Origin: Opitutaceae bacterium
GTDB taxonomy: Bacteria; Verrucomicrobiota; Verrucomicrobiia; Opitutales; Opitutaceae
Reading direction: 5' to 3'
DNA: 64,000 nt
Assembly (NCBI GenBank): GCA_002694885.1
Contig: NZNM01000056.1
Coordinates: 6,462 to 70,461, forward strand
Shown here: piece by piece, positions 37,424-47,772 of the stretch
Position numbering within the stretch: the first letter of the stretch is position 1
How the letters are laid out: the number at the start of each line of letters is the position of its first letter
Translations under genes and position numbers: made by a program
Notes under the pieces: generated by a model
Told to the model about the DNA's origin: nothing
The model's input: the letters and a program-made list of their open reading frames with translations, nothing else
The model's database searches: none

Positions 37424-40400
37424 TCAGTATCTCGTTATTGTTTCGTGAAGATTGAGGATTGCTCGGCTTAAGCTGGTTAGGGCTGCGAGCTCTGTCGACT
37501 TGTTTTCTTTTGAGGAATGCATGCCTATGTTCAAGAACGGTTCGGTTTGATTGGACTCGTTGGTAAAACGCTTTCGTTCTCTCTGAAGGAAAGCTTTCAA
37601 TGTTCGTCGTTCCTTGGCGGTTGGGTTGCGAGCCAAGGCTCGCCTATAAGCGATTTCAATGCGGGCGTTGTCGTTTTTCTCAGCCATGAGAATCTCCGCT
37701 AGGGCTCGGGCGGCTTCGACTTGGGTGGGATCGTTCAGAAGGGTGAGCGCTTGCAGGGGAGAGTTGGAAAGTTCTCTTTTGATGATGCACTCGTCCCGGC
37801 CTCCGGCATCGAAAGTGGTCAACATCGGATGCAGGAATGTGCGCTGCCAATGCATGTATACGCCACGTCGATACTGATTTTCATCGATATCATGATTGTA
37901 AGCGACTTTAGGGAAATTCAGATTTCGGTAGTGTCCCTCTGGCTGATAGGGTCGAGCGCTGGGCCCTCCTATTTTTGGATTAAGAAGTCCGCTAATGGAG
38001 AGGGCATTGTCGCGAATCATCTCGGCGGGAAGGCGAACAGCGCTTTGCCGCGCTAGCAGCCGATTGTAGGGGTCGATTTCAAAAAGCTTTTCGGAGCCAT
38101 CGCTAGTTTGCCGGTAAGATCGAGACAGAACAATCTCGCGAATAACCTGTTTGATGTTCCAGCCAGACTCGATGAACTCGGCCGCCAACCAGTCCAGGAG
38201 TTCTGGGTAGGGCGGGTATTCACCTTGGAGGCCCAGGTCCTCCGGAGCGCTGGACAGCGGTGTTCCGAAGTACATTGCCCAGAGCCGATTGGTGAAGGCT
38301 CGAGCGGTAAGCGGGTTTTCAGGATGGACGATCCATTTCGCCAAGTCTAGCCGGTCTAGGCGGCGTGATTCATCGGAGGCGATGTTCTGAGGGAGAAATG
38401 CGGGCGTTGCCGGCAAGACGGTTTCTCCGCTGTCGTCCATCCAGTTGCCTCGCGGCAAGACTTTCACTTCTCGGGGCTTGGCGCTAATAGTGAGGGGCGT
38501 GTAGCGATCGCCATATAGCTCCTTTTTCAGTTCACCGATTTTCTTTCTTTCGGAAGCAAACGCTTCGGCGTGATCGACGTAAAAGGCCTTTTGCAAAACA
38601 CTCCGGTCCTCCAGTGTATCCGTTCCGTTGATAACGTGTGCGAGCGCATTTTGCTGGTCATCGTCTAAACGCTGGTAGAGAGAGCCGTCTCGCATCGTAC
38701 GGATACGGAAAGAGCGAAAGCCTCCTCGATTGCCTTTGAGGGGAAGAATGGATACAAGTTGAGCGTTATCCGGCAGATCCAATTCCGCCATGGTGATATT
38801 AATGGGATGCCAGACTCCTTTATATAGAAGCGGAGTTAGTTGAACTGCTGGGGCCTTCGATTTGCGGTCCAGTTCTTTTTCGAAATTGTCGCCGAGGTGG
38901 TAGGCCTTCTTTTTTTCTTCGCTACCGACTTGGTAAGTCAGCTCGATGCCCAGGCTCCCTCGGCCGCCACCGCCATCGATGCGAGCTTCGAACTCCAGGG
39001 CCGCTGTACGCTCGAAAGAGTAGGGATAGTGGCTAAGGTCAATAGATTCCGCGGTAGTCGTGTCTTGATACTTCTTAGTGTATTGAAGCGGAAAATACGT
39101 GGGAATATTTTCTATACTCAGCTTATCTTGTAAATCTATCCACTTGGCCAGTTCTCGATCCGCTTCCGGCGACCCTTTGGCCAAAACGGTTTCTCTTTGC
39201 TGGATCTCCATTTCTACGGCCTCAGGGTCTTCGTGAAAGATGTAGTTCGGTACTGCTAGCTCGGGTCCAAACCAGCCAGTAAACATGGGTCCGTCGTTTT
39301 CGATATACTGGTAAGGATCCTCCTGATAGTCGCCGTCGTCAGTGTAGGCCCCCTTTTCCAGTATGTCCGCAAAGAAGGCGGCAAAGCTGTAGAAATCCTT
39401 AGTGGTAAACGGGTCGAATTTGTGGTCGTGGCACTCAGCGCAGGCCATAGTGGAGCCGAGCCAATTGGTAGCCGTAGTACGGACGCGCTCGGATTGGTAT
39501 TTCTTAATGTACTCCTTGTCTTGGATACCGCCTTCCCGGCTGATTTGGTTTAGCCGGTTGTAGCTAGCGGCCACCAGTTGCTTGATTGTGGGGTTGGGTA
39601 GAAGGTCCCCGGCAATCTGCTCGATGGTGAATTGGTCGTAGGGCTTATTCTCATTGAAGGACTCGATGACATAGTCTCGATAGGGAGTGGCATCGCGTTG
39701 CTGGTCCCCGTGATAGCCAACGGTGTCCGCATAGCGTACCGCGTCTAGCCAGTGGATAGCCATTTTCTCGCCGTAATGTTTAGAGGCTAGTAAATCTTCC
39801 ACAAGCTTCTCGTATGCTTTGGGATCTTTGTCGTTGATGAAAGCTTGAACGGCTTCGGGCGTGGGAGGCAGACCGGTGAGATCGAAAGACAGGCGGCGAA
39901 TCAAGGTGGATTTAGAAGCTTCTGGAGAGAACTCCAATCCATTCTCTTTGAGTCGATTGCCCACGATAGCGTCGATATCTTTGAAGGGAGGACGTTCTAC
40001 AGGTGTGTAGGACCAATGGCTTTCGTATTCGGCTCCCTCGGCTATCCACCGGCGCAACAGCTCTTTTTCCTTATCGCTCAGAGAATGGTTGGACTTGGGC
40101 GGGGGCATGACCTCGCTGCGATCCTCGCTGAGAATCCGATAGACGAGCTCGCTCTCCTCGGGATCGCCAGGAACGAAAGCAGAGGCCTCGATGGCATCCT
40201 CGCGAATATCCAGGCGGAGGTCAGCTTCCCGTGTTTCACCATCTGGTCCATGGCAGAAGAAGCAATTATTGGACAGGATGGGGCGAATGTCTCGGTTGAA
40301 GTCGACCTCCTCAGCCAGGGTGACTTTCGAGTTCGCAGCGGATGCTGCGACCAGAATCGCGAACAAGCATCTGTATTGCCTAACAAAAGAATGGAAGGAT

Positions 40401-40426
40401 TGGGTGTGAGGGGATGACATAAGCAT
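37424..40426 (-). CDS. PSD1 / planctomycete cytochrome c protein (PSCyt1 + DUF1549 + DUF1553)
   Basis: FNRDIRPILSNNCFFCHGPD, LIRRLSFDLTGLPP, CAECHDHKFDP, NPLTARAFTNRLW, PLQALTLLNDP. Confidence 0.93.
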   Translation of the reverse strand: MLMSSPHTQSFHSFVRQYRCLFAILVAASAANSKVTLAEEVDFNRDIRPILSNNCFFCHGPDGETREADLRLDIREDAIEASAFVPGDPEESELVYRILSEDRSEVMPPPKSNHSLSDKEKELLRRWIAEGAEYESHWSYTPVERPPFKDIDAIVGNRLKENGLEFSPEASKSTLIRRLSFDLTGLPPTPEAVQAFINDKDPKAYEKLVEDLLASKHYGEKMAIHWLDAVRYADTVGYHGDQQRDATPYRDYVIESFNENKPYDQFTIEQIAGDLLPNPTIKQLVAASYNRLNQISREGGIQDKEYIKKYQSERVRTTATNWLGSTMACAECHDHKFDPFTTKDFYSFAAFFADILEKGAYTDDGDYQEDPYQYIENDGPMFTGWFGPELAVPNYIFHEDPEAVEMEIQQRETVLAKGSPEADRELAKWIDLQDKLSIENIPTYFPLQYTKKYQDTTTAESIDLSHYPYSFERTAALEFEARIDGGGGRGSLGIELTYQVGSEEKKKAYHLGDNFEKELDRKSKAPAVQLTPLLYKGVWHPINITMAELDLPDNAQLVSILPLKGNRGGFRSFRIRTMRDGSLYQRLDDDQQNALAHVINGTDTLEDRSVLQKAFYVDHAEAFASERKKIGELKKELYGDRYTPLTISAKPREVKVLPRGNWMDDSGETVLPATPAFLPQNIASDESRRLDRLDLAKWIVHPENPLTARAFTNRLWAMYFGTPLSSAPEDLGLQGEYPPYPELLDWLAAEFIESGWNIKQVIREIVLSRSYRQTSDGSEKLFEIDPYNRLLARQSAVRLPAEMIRDNALSISGLLNPKIGGPSARPYQPEGHYRNLNFPKVAYNHDIDENQYRRGVYMHWQRTFLHPMLTTFDAGGRDECIIKRELSNSPLQALTLLNDPTQVEAARALAEILMAEKNDNARIEIAYRRALARNPTAKERRTLKAFLQRERKRFTNESNQTEPFLNIGMHSSKENKSTELAALTSLSRAILNLHETITRY

Positions 40427-40540
40427 TCGGACAGTCTTTGCGGGTATCGATGGACTCGGTTCTAAGTCGTGCTGCTGGGGAATCAATCAAATCTGATTTA
40501 CCGGATAGATGGACATCGCTGTCCTGGATGGAATCGACGG

Positions 40541-40636
40541 GTAGGGAGGACCCGTCTTCGCCCGAGGCTGCGCCGAGGCCGGCCGGCTCGGTCCTCCTTT
40601 TACGGATTTCGGAAGATCGAGCCGATCCTCCCTACC
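40541..40636. repeat. Inverted REP doublet whose first unit carries a 32-bp insertion
   Basis: GTAGGGAGGACC[32 bp]GGCTCGGTCCTCC at 40541-40597; inverted partner at 40611-40636. Confidence 0.75.
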
Positions 40637-40860
40637 TTCGAAGGCTCTACATGAATAGTGTCATAGGATGATTCTAAAAACCTGCCGCGAAGCGAAGTGT
40701 AGCGATCCTGGCCCCGAAGGATTCGGGGATCTAGCGAGTCCGCTTTGCGTGCGAGCGATGTTAAACACTTATACTCTGACCAGCTTTCGAATCCTGATGC
40801 GGTTGTACCGCTTTTGAAAACGGGATTGCGATTACTCGGTTGGGTACGCTTAATGCCGCC

Positions 40861-43152
40861 ATGTTTAGAGCCCCGATTCCCCATCTGCTGCCTCTTCTTT
40901 TCCTGACCATTGTTTCGCAGAGCTCGGCTTTAGCAGAGGAGCGCGTTGAGTGGGTGGACTCAAAAATTCGTGGTACCCCGGAACCGATCCCCGCTTACCG
41001 AGCGGAGCCAATATGGCCGCATATCAGCTTCAAAAATGCTCTGGCGATCACGGTTCTCGAGTCGCGTGAGCGGATGTTTGTTACCGAGCAAAGGGGCAAG
41101 ATTTGGATACTGCCATCCGATCTTAACGCGAACCCCGAGAGTCCTGAGCTATCGGCGGATTTAAGCGCATTTATACAAGGATTTCGCAATGCCTACGGTC
41201 TCGCTTTCCATCCAAAATTCGAGGCGAACCGATTGTGCTACATTTTCTATACTACGATTCTTCAATCGGGCGCTCAGCAATCGACAGTCAGTTCCTTTCG
41301 CCTCGATGAGTCTCTGAAGATATTGCCCGAAAGCCGAGAGGATATCATCTCTTGCGGAGCGGGCGGCCACAATGGCGGGGACATTCAATTCGGTCCTGAT
41401 GGCATGCTCTACATACCGGTCGGAGATTTGGCTCCACCGGACCCACCGGACCCGAGAAATGACGGTCAGAATCTGGCCACCATTGCGGGAGCGATTTCCC
41501 GCATCGACGTTGATAGGCGCGATCCGGGCCTGCCTTACGGTATCCCGAAAGATAATCCTTTTGTGGGGATGGAAGGAGCTCGCCCAGAGATTTGGGCCTT
41601 CGGTTTTCGCAATCCCTGGAAGATCGATTTCCACCCGGAGACCAGTAACATATGGCTAGGCGATGTGGGCTGGGAGCTTTACGAAATGGTGCATCGAGTT
41701 GAGAAAGGCGGCAACCATGGCTGGTCTGTAGTGGAAGGTCCGATACCTGCAAAGCCCGACCAAGAGCGTGGGCCAGGACCGATCGTCGCCCCTATTGTGA
41801 GCTACTCGCATGACACGGAAGGGGCATCGGTAACGGGTGGCTTTTTCAATTCCGGAGAGCGTTTTCCTGACCTTGAGGGCGCTTACATTTATGGCGATTG
41901 GTCCAATGGAAAAGTTTGGGCCCTACGATGGGATGGCGAAAAGATGACGCGGAACGATCTTATCGCTGAAACGCGAAAGCAGATCGTCTCGTTTGGCGAC
42001 GTGTCGGGCGGCGAGATAGTCTTTCTAGACTGGCCCGATGACCAGCGGCTTCATCGCCTCGTCCCCAATCCGCGAGCTGGTGAAGTAAGCGATTTCCCCA
42101 GACGATTGAGTCTCACTGGCTTGTTCGAAGATACGGAAAATGAGATCCCTGCCCCGGGAGTCTACGGATTTTCCATCAATTCACCTATGTGGCAGGAGGG
42201 GGCGGAGTCCAGTTACTGGGTAGCTATTCCCGGGAAAGAAGGGTTTAAAACGAGTATTGCCAGGCCTCAACCGTTTATACTGACCCAGTATCGGGAGGTT
42301 AAAGACTCCGTACTGGTGAAGACAATACGTTTGAACGAACAGCGAGTGGAAACGCAAATCCTGCACTGGGATGGGTATTGGAATGGCTATACCTATCGGT
42401 GGAACGAAGAGCAAACGGATGCGATCTTAGTAGCTCGTGAAGGACTGACGACGAATATCCAAGGCAAGCCATGGCGCTTCTATGCCAGAAACGAATGCAT
42501 GCGTTGCCACGGAAGCAACTTCCACAAGCCACTGGCTTTTTTCCCCGGTCAGATGGACCGCGATGATCAAATCAAGCGATTCTTGGACTTGGGGCTAGTC
42601 GACGATACCTTCGAGAAAGCCGCTGAGATTCAGCCGATGGGGAATCCGTATGATGAATCACTCGCTTTGGAAACCAGGGCCCGGTCTTGGATCCATAGTA
42701 ATTGCGCGGGCTGCCACCGGCGTTCGGGCGGGGCGGGGATTGTCTCGATGATGAATATCACGACGACCAATGAAGATATGCGCATGTTGAACTGGGGTCC
42801 CAGCCGAGGCAGTTTTGGGCTTGAGGGGGCTCCACTCATCGAACCAGGGAATCCCTATCGGTCGATTCTCTACTATCGGATCGCCACCAAGGGAGCGGGG
42901 CACATGCCCATGATCGGATTACCAACAATTGATAGTAAAGGGGTGCAAGTCGTGCATGATTGGATACGCTCATTGCAACCTGGCGCTCCAATTGCAAAGG
43001 CGTCGCTCGACCCGAAAAACGTCGAGGAAGCCTTGGCCTTGTATCACCAAATTCAGAGCGGAGCCCTATCGGAATCCGATCGCAAGAAGGCTATAGCAAA
43101 CTGCCTTTCCCATAAAGATCCCTTCGTCTTGAATCTATTTTTAGGCATGTAG
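40861..43152 (+). CDS. PQQ-dependent sugar dehydrogenase (glucose/sorbosone type) fused to a c-type cytochrome region
   Basis: Signal peptide; HNGGDIQFGPDGMLYIPVGD, EIWAFGFRNPWK, GDVGW; two CxxCH motifs (CMRCH, CAGCH). Confidence 0.88.
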   Translation: MFRAPIPHLLPLLFLTIVSQSSALAEERVEWVDSKIRGTPEPIPAYRAEPIWPHISFKNALAITVLESRERMFVTEQRGKIWILPSDLNANPESPELSADLSAFIQGFRNAYGLAFHPKFEANRLCYIFYTTILQSGAQQSTVSSFRLDESLKILPESREDIISCGAGGHNGGDIQFGPDGMLYIPVGDLAPPDPPDPRNDGQNLATIAGAISRIDVDRRDPGLPYGIPKDNPFVGMEGARPEIWAFGFRNPWKIDFHPETSNIWLGDVGWELYEMVHRVEKGGNHGWSVVEGPIPAKPDQERGPGPIVAPIVSYSHDTEGASVTGGFFNSGERFPDLEGAYIYGDWSNGKVWALRWDGEKMTRNDLIAETRKQIVSFGDVSGGEIVFLDWPDDQRLHRLVPNPRAGEVSDFPRRLSLTGLFEDTENEIPAPGVYGFSINSPMWQEGAESSYWVAIPGKEGFKTSIARPQPFILTQYREVKDSVLVKTIRLNEQRVETQILHWDGYWNGYTYRWNEEQTDAILVAREGLTTNIQGKPWRFYARNECMRCHGSNFHKPLAFFPGQMDRDDQIKRFLDLGLVDDTFEKAAEIQPMGNPYDESLALETRARSWIHSNCAGCHRRSGGAGIVSMMNITTTNEDMRMLNWGPSRGSFGLEGAPLIEPGNPYRSILYYRIATKGAGHMPMIGLPTIDSKGVQVVHDWIRSLQPGAPIAKASLDPKNVEEALALYHQIQSGALSESDRKKAIANCLSHKDPFVLNLFLGM

Positions 43153-43158
43153 CGCTCC

Positions 43159-44229
43159 ATGAATCAATCCATTGGTGATACGGTGTCGTCAAATGGGAGC
43201 GAATTAGCTTTACCCTGCGCGACTGAGGACGTTGATGCCCTCCTTTCCCAACCGAGCGAGGAAGCGATCGATGTCCTTGGAGAAACGGAGGGGCCTATTA
43301 TCGTTTTGGGAGCAGGAGGGAAAATGGGGTTGCACCTTTGCACCTTGCTGAAGCGAGCGTTTTCGGATCTAAGCCGATCCGATCCCATCTACGCGGCCTC
43401 TCGATTTCAAAGCCTTCGGGACGCATCAGCTTACGAGCAGTTAGGTTTACAGGTGTTGAAAGGAGATTTTCGGGATGATGAGCTCGTCAAGAGCCTGCCC
43501 GATTGCCCGACTGTATTCTATTTAGTCGGCGCGAAATTCGGTACTTCGAATAACCCGCAACTCCTGAGGGAAATCAATGTGGAGGTGGCTCGAGAACTGG
43601 CCTATCGCTACCGCGGCTCGAAAATCGTGGCCCTATCTACGGGGTGCGTTTACTCGTATGTTTTACCCGAATCCGGAGGATCGTTAGAAAATTCTCCTAT
43701 GAATCCAATTGGCGAATACGCTCGTTCGTGCCTGGAGCGGGAAATTCAGTTTCAAGAGATTTCCAAGCAATATAATACTCAAGTGGCGCTTATCCGTTTA
43801 AATTATTCGGTAGAGTTTCGCTACGGAGTGTTGCTCGATATCGGTCAAAAAGTATTCGATGACGATCCGGTCGACCTTACCATGAGTCACGTAAACGTAA
43901 TCTGGCAAAACGACGCCTTGAATCATACCGTCCAGTCTCTGGAAATCGCGGACACTCCTGCTGTCCCGATTAATGTAACGGGAGCGGACATGCTTAGTGT
44001 CCGTGATCTGGCGGAGGCTTTTGCTAAGCGTTTTTCAATACGTCCTCGATTTGCAGGCGCCGAGTCGGAGTCCATGTGGTTGAGCAATGCATCCAAGTCG
44101 CACCGGCTGTTCGGGCCGCCCAAGGTAGGCGTTGAGCAGATGATTGATTGGATAGCGGCGTGGATCCTGCAAGGAGGTGAAACCCATGGAAAGCCTACGG
44201 GATTTGAGACCCGGGACGGGAAGTTTTGA
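43159..44229 (+). CDS. NAD-dependent epimerase/dehydratase
   Basis: VLGAGGKMG, LSTGCVY, EYARSCLERE, RLNYSVEFRYG. Confidence 0.88.
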   Translation: MNQSIGDTVSSNGSELALPCATEDVDALLSQPSEEAIDVLGETEGPIIVLGAGGKMGLHLCTLLKRAFSDLSRSDPIYAASRFQSLRDASAYEQLGLQVLKGDFRDDELVKSLPDCPTVFYLVGAKFGTSNNPQLLREINVEVARELAYRYRGSKIVALSTGCVYSYVLPESGGSLENSPMNPIGEYARSCLEREIQFQEISKQYNTQVALIRLNYSVEFRYGVLLDIGQKVFDDDPVDLTMSHVNVIWQNDALNHTVQSLEIADTPAVPINVTGADMLSVRDLAEAFAKRFSIRPRFAGAESESMWLSNASKSHRLFGPPKVGVEQMIDWIAAWILQGGETHGKPTGFETRDGKF

Positions 44230-44265
44230 ATTATTCCATGAGGACGCGTATCAATATTCGGAGAT

Positions 44266-44340
44266 GGTAGGGCTGCTTGTCCTCAAGCAGCCGAAAAACG
44301 TTGGACCTGATGCGGCTGACTAGGGATAGTCAGCCCTACC
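44266..44340. repeat. Inverted REP doublet, family GTAGGGC(N)...TCCY loop
   Basis: GTAG GGCTGCTTG TCCT CAAGCAGCC ... GGCTGACTA GGGA TAGTCAGCC CTAC. Confidence 0.85.
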
Positions 44341-44369
44341 ATTATGGTTTCCGGAATATCTGATAAACG

Positions 44370-45446
44370 ATGCCTCCCACCACTCGATTAGATAGCCGCG
44401 TTCGAGAACTCCTTTTCCGGGGAATCGTTATACCTGCTCATCCTCTGGCGCTGGATAGGAATCACCGGTTTGATCATCGTCGGCAACGGGCATTGACCCG
44501 CTACTATTTGGATGCGGGAGCGAAGGGCATAGCGGTAGGCGTGCACACGACGCAGTTTGAGATTCGCCAACCAGAAATTGGGCTTTTCAAACCGGTTTTG
44601 GAGCTAGGGGTCGAAACGATCCGCGAACACGAAAACGCCTCAGGAGACCGAATCGTGAAAGTCGCTGGAGTTGTGGGAAACACGAGCCAAGCGATGTCTG
44701 AAGCAGAATTTGCCAGGGAACTTGGATACGATCTCGCTCTGGTTAGCTTGGGAGCTTTCCCGAACGCCAGCAATGTTGAGATGATCGATCACTTGCGGAG
44801 GCTTTCGTCTATTATCCCGGTTTTTGGATTCTACCTGCAGCCTGCGGTTGGCGGACGCCGCTTGGATTATGAGTTTTGGAAAGCGGCGATGGAAATTGAA
44901 AGTCTGGTTGCCGTTAAAGTAGCCCCCTTTAATCGATATGACTCTTTGGATGTCGCCCGAGCGATAGGTGATGCCGGCAGAGCGGATTCAGTGGCGCTGT
45001 ATACAGGAAATGATGACAATATTCTTCTGGATCTTCTTACCCCAATGAAATTCGGAGAAGATTCAGGCGCTACGGAGTTGCGTTTTCGAGGAGGGCTTTT
45101 TGGTCAGTGGGCAGTTTGGACGCGTAAGGCTGTCGAAGACTTGCGGGCGATTCATGAAATGCAGTCAGAGAGCGAGAATATTCCATCCTCGTGGTTGACT
45201 CGTGCCCAACAGTTAACGGATGCCAATGCCGCCATTTTCGATGTAGCGAACGGTTTTGCTGGATGTATCACTGGGATACACGAAGTGTTGCGGCGCCAAG
45301 GATTGCTCGAGGGCATTTGGACGCTGAACGAAGACGAAGGCTTGTCGCCGGGCCAATCGGAAGCGATCGATCGGGTCTGCGCGAGCTACCCGAGCCTGAT
45401 GGATGATGTCTTTGTCGCCGAAAATCTGGACCGCTGGCTGAGCTAA
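44370..45446 (+). CDS. Dihydrodipicolinate synthase-family (class I aldolase/dehydratase) protein
   Basis: VIPAHPLAL, AVGVHTTQF, FYLQPAVGG, AVKVAPFNRY (Schiff-base Lys), LYTGNDD. Confidence 0.88.
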   Translation: MPPTTRLDSRVRELLFRGIVIPAHPLALDRNHRFDHRRQRALTRYYLDAGAKGIAVGVHTTQFEIRQPEIGLFKPVLELGVETIREHENASGDRIVKVAGVVGNTSQAMSEAEFARELGYDLALVSLGAFPNASNVEMIDHLRRLSSIIPVFGFYLQPAVGGRRLDYEFWKAAMEIESLVAVKVAPFNRYDSLDVARAIGDAGRADSVALYTGNDDNILLDLLTPMKFGEDSGATELRFRGGLFGQWAVWTRKAVEDLRAIHEMQSESENIPSSWLTRAQQLTDANAAIFDVANGFAGCITGIHEVLRRQGLLEGIWTLNEDEGLSPGQSEAIDRVCASYPSLMDDVFVAENLDRWLS

Positions 45447-45494
45447 AGTGGTCTAATCGAGAAGGCAAACAGGCTAACCGGGGCGAGATCAAAA

Positions 45495-46448
45495 TTGTGT
45501 CCTGAGCCGGGATCGCAGGCGGCTCCTAGTATGGGGTCTTGGCTAAACTATGGATTGGGCTCCGAATCAGATTCAATTCCTGGATACGTCGTAATGACTG
45601 ACCCAAAAGGAGCTCTCCCAGCCGGCCAGCCGATGTATACTCAAGGATTTCTCCCTGCCAATTTCCAGCCAACCATGTTCCGGCCGGGCGAAAACCCGGT
45701 ACTGAATCTTAACCTGCCCAATGGCATTTCGCTGAAGGAGCGTAAGCGCACCTTGGATTTAATCGGCGAGTTGAACCGGGCCAATCTTAATGAAGAGGAC
45801 CACGAGTTTTCGGCTCGCATCGATTCCTACGATTTGGCTTTCAAAATGCAGACGGAAGCGCCAGAGGCCCGAGATCCTTCAAGGGAATCGCAAGAGACTT
45901 TGAATTTGTACGGTATCGGTGGAGAGCATACAAACGACTATGGACGCCGTTGTTTGATGGCCCGTAAACTGGTTGAGAATGGCGTGCGCTTTATTACAGT
46001 CGTTTCTGGAGGAGGCACAGGCGATCTAATGTGGGATGCTCACAAGGACATCGAAGAAAACCACGTGCGCATGGCCCAGCATACGGACCAGCCAGTTGCC
46101 GGGCTGATAAAGGATCTCAAGCGCCGTGGATTGCTCGACAGCACATTAGTGCTTTGGGGAGGGGAGTTCGGTAGATCGCCTGAAGCGGAGGCCGGAATCG
46201 GTCGCGACCATCATAATCTTGGGTTCACCATGTGGATGGCGGGAGGCGGCATCAAAGGTGGGCAAGTCGTAGGAGCCACCGATGAAATTGGGCTTCATGC
46301 GGTTGAACGGCCCTATCACTTTAGAGATATCCATAATACGATTCTCCATCAGCTCGGGCTCGATCAACACAAGTTGACATACCCGCACATGGGCCGGGAC
46401 GAACGCTTGACCTTCCTGGAAGGAAAATTGGTTAGAGAGATTATATAG
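45495..46448 (+). pseudogene. 5'-truncated DUF1501 gene (C-terminal approx. 305 aa only)
   Basis: Similarity starts at PSMGSW, about residue 170 of the intact paralog at 35926..37350. The in-frame upstream stop is 45444-45446; no Tat signal or GGPSH motif. Confidence 0.75.
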
Positions 46449-46462
46449 CTCGGTTGTTTCAG

Positions 46463-46514
46463 AGCAGCACAGGCTTCCAGCCTGTAAGGAAACAGGCTGG
46501 AAGCCTGTGCTGCT
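46463..46514. repeat. Inverted REP doublet, family AGCACAGGCTTCCAGCCTGT
   Basis: Perfect 23-bp arms AGCAGCACAGGCTTCCAGCCTGT / ACAGGCTGGAAGCCTGTGCTGCT; lies between convergent genes. Related copies at 52790-52892 and 58913-58936. Confidence 0.9.
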
Positions 46515-46516
46515 TT

Positions 46517-47587
46517 CTACCCGGCCGCAGTCGCCCGGATCTTGATGTCGACGGGATCGCCAACCTTTTGCATGGAAAACCCGGGTCGATAATGACTGTC
46601 GACGGTGATGACCATTGGGTTCTCAGGTTCTCCCGTGTGATTGAGGCTCAATTCCGAAAGGGCCATTCGGGTGGTTTCCTGGCCGACTAAGTCATGGCGA
46701 TGGTCAACCCCAGATGCATCCGTAGGTTCGTAGGATAGGTCCAAACTGGCGAAGCCAATATCCGTAGGGGCCGTGTATCCAATTTTTTGAAGCGTTTGAT
46801 AGATGGCTCCAGAACTAATGACAGCCTCCGGCTGATAGGATTCCATCCATTGCCGAATATTCGGCTCACTGATATCCCTGCGCGCTAGAATTGGGATACG
46901 CTTGTTTTCGCTTAGCTGGCTGGAATAGTAAAGGTAGGACGAGGCGAAAAGCTTGTGTCCGGTTCCGCCACTCTTGTAGGCCATGATGAATCCAATTCTT
47001 CGGTAGCCCAAGGCAAGGGCTTGTTCTAGAAGCTCATCCATCATTTGCAGGTAGTTGGGACAAGCCCGATTCACATTGGGATCAATTATACTGTATCCAG
47101 ATGAGGATGCGCACAATCCATTGAGATCGAGGTCGATGGTACCCACGCCATTCAAGTAGGGAAGTAAGATGACAACTCTTATACCTCGAGAGACGAGGAT
47201 GCTCTTCAATCGCTTCGGGCTTACCTGCATGTCCTTCAGGTAAAAATAGTCCGTTCCGTAGCCGCTTGCCAGGCACTGCCCTTCGATTCCGGATACGAGT
47301 TTCTCGAATCGCTGGTACTTTTTCAGATTGCGCCTCTCCAGGTCGGGAATGATAACCGCCAGCTTCGACATTTGTCGATTCGATCGCTTGGAGCGCATGT
47401 GCTCCATCAATTCAGAAATACGTCCGTCCTTAACGTAGCCCATGTGCTCGGCGATTCGTTCTATTTCCAGGCGCCGCTTTTCCGATACCTTCGGGCTATT
47501 GCGCAATGCTAAGGAAACGGCGGAAACCGACACGCCAGCTTCTTTAGCGATTTCTTTCATGCTGACGTTGTAGGTGGGGCCGGGCAT
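46517..47587 (-). CDS. LacI family transcriptional regulator (Opitutae-type)
   Basis: MKEIAKEAGVSVSAVSLALRNSPKVS HTH; periplasmic-binding-like C-domain. Confidence 0.92.
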   Translation of the reverse strand: MPGPTYNVSMKEIAKEAGVSVSAVSLALRNSPKVSEKRRLEIERIAEHMGYVKDGRISELMEHMRSKRSNRQMSKLAVIIPDLERRNLKKYQRFEKLVSGIEGQCLASGYGTDYFYLKDMQVSPKRLKSILVSRGIRVVILLPYLNGVGTIDLDLNGLCASSSGYSIIDPNVNRACPNYLQMMDELLEQALALGYRRIGFIMAYKSGGTGHKLFASSYLYYSSQLSENKRIPILARRDISEPNIRQWMESYQPEAVISSGAIYQTLQKIGYTAPTDIGFASLDLSYEPTDASGVDHRHDLVGQETTRMALSELSLNHTGEPENPMVITVDSHYRPGFSMQKVGDPVDIKIRATAAG

Positions 47588-47772
47588 CTTTAAGGATGAG
47601 GTATGAAGGTGAGGTAGAAAGGATGAATTGCGCGTACTGCCTAGATTGATTTTGGGGTTTCTGATAGCTATCGCTTCTGATCATAAAAGAGAGTCATTTG
47701 GCATTAATTGAGTCAACGGTTAACTACTTTTACTGTGGCAATATTCGCGTGGAGCTAGACACTATTGGAATA

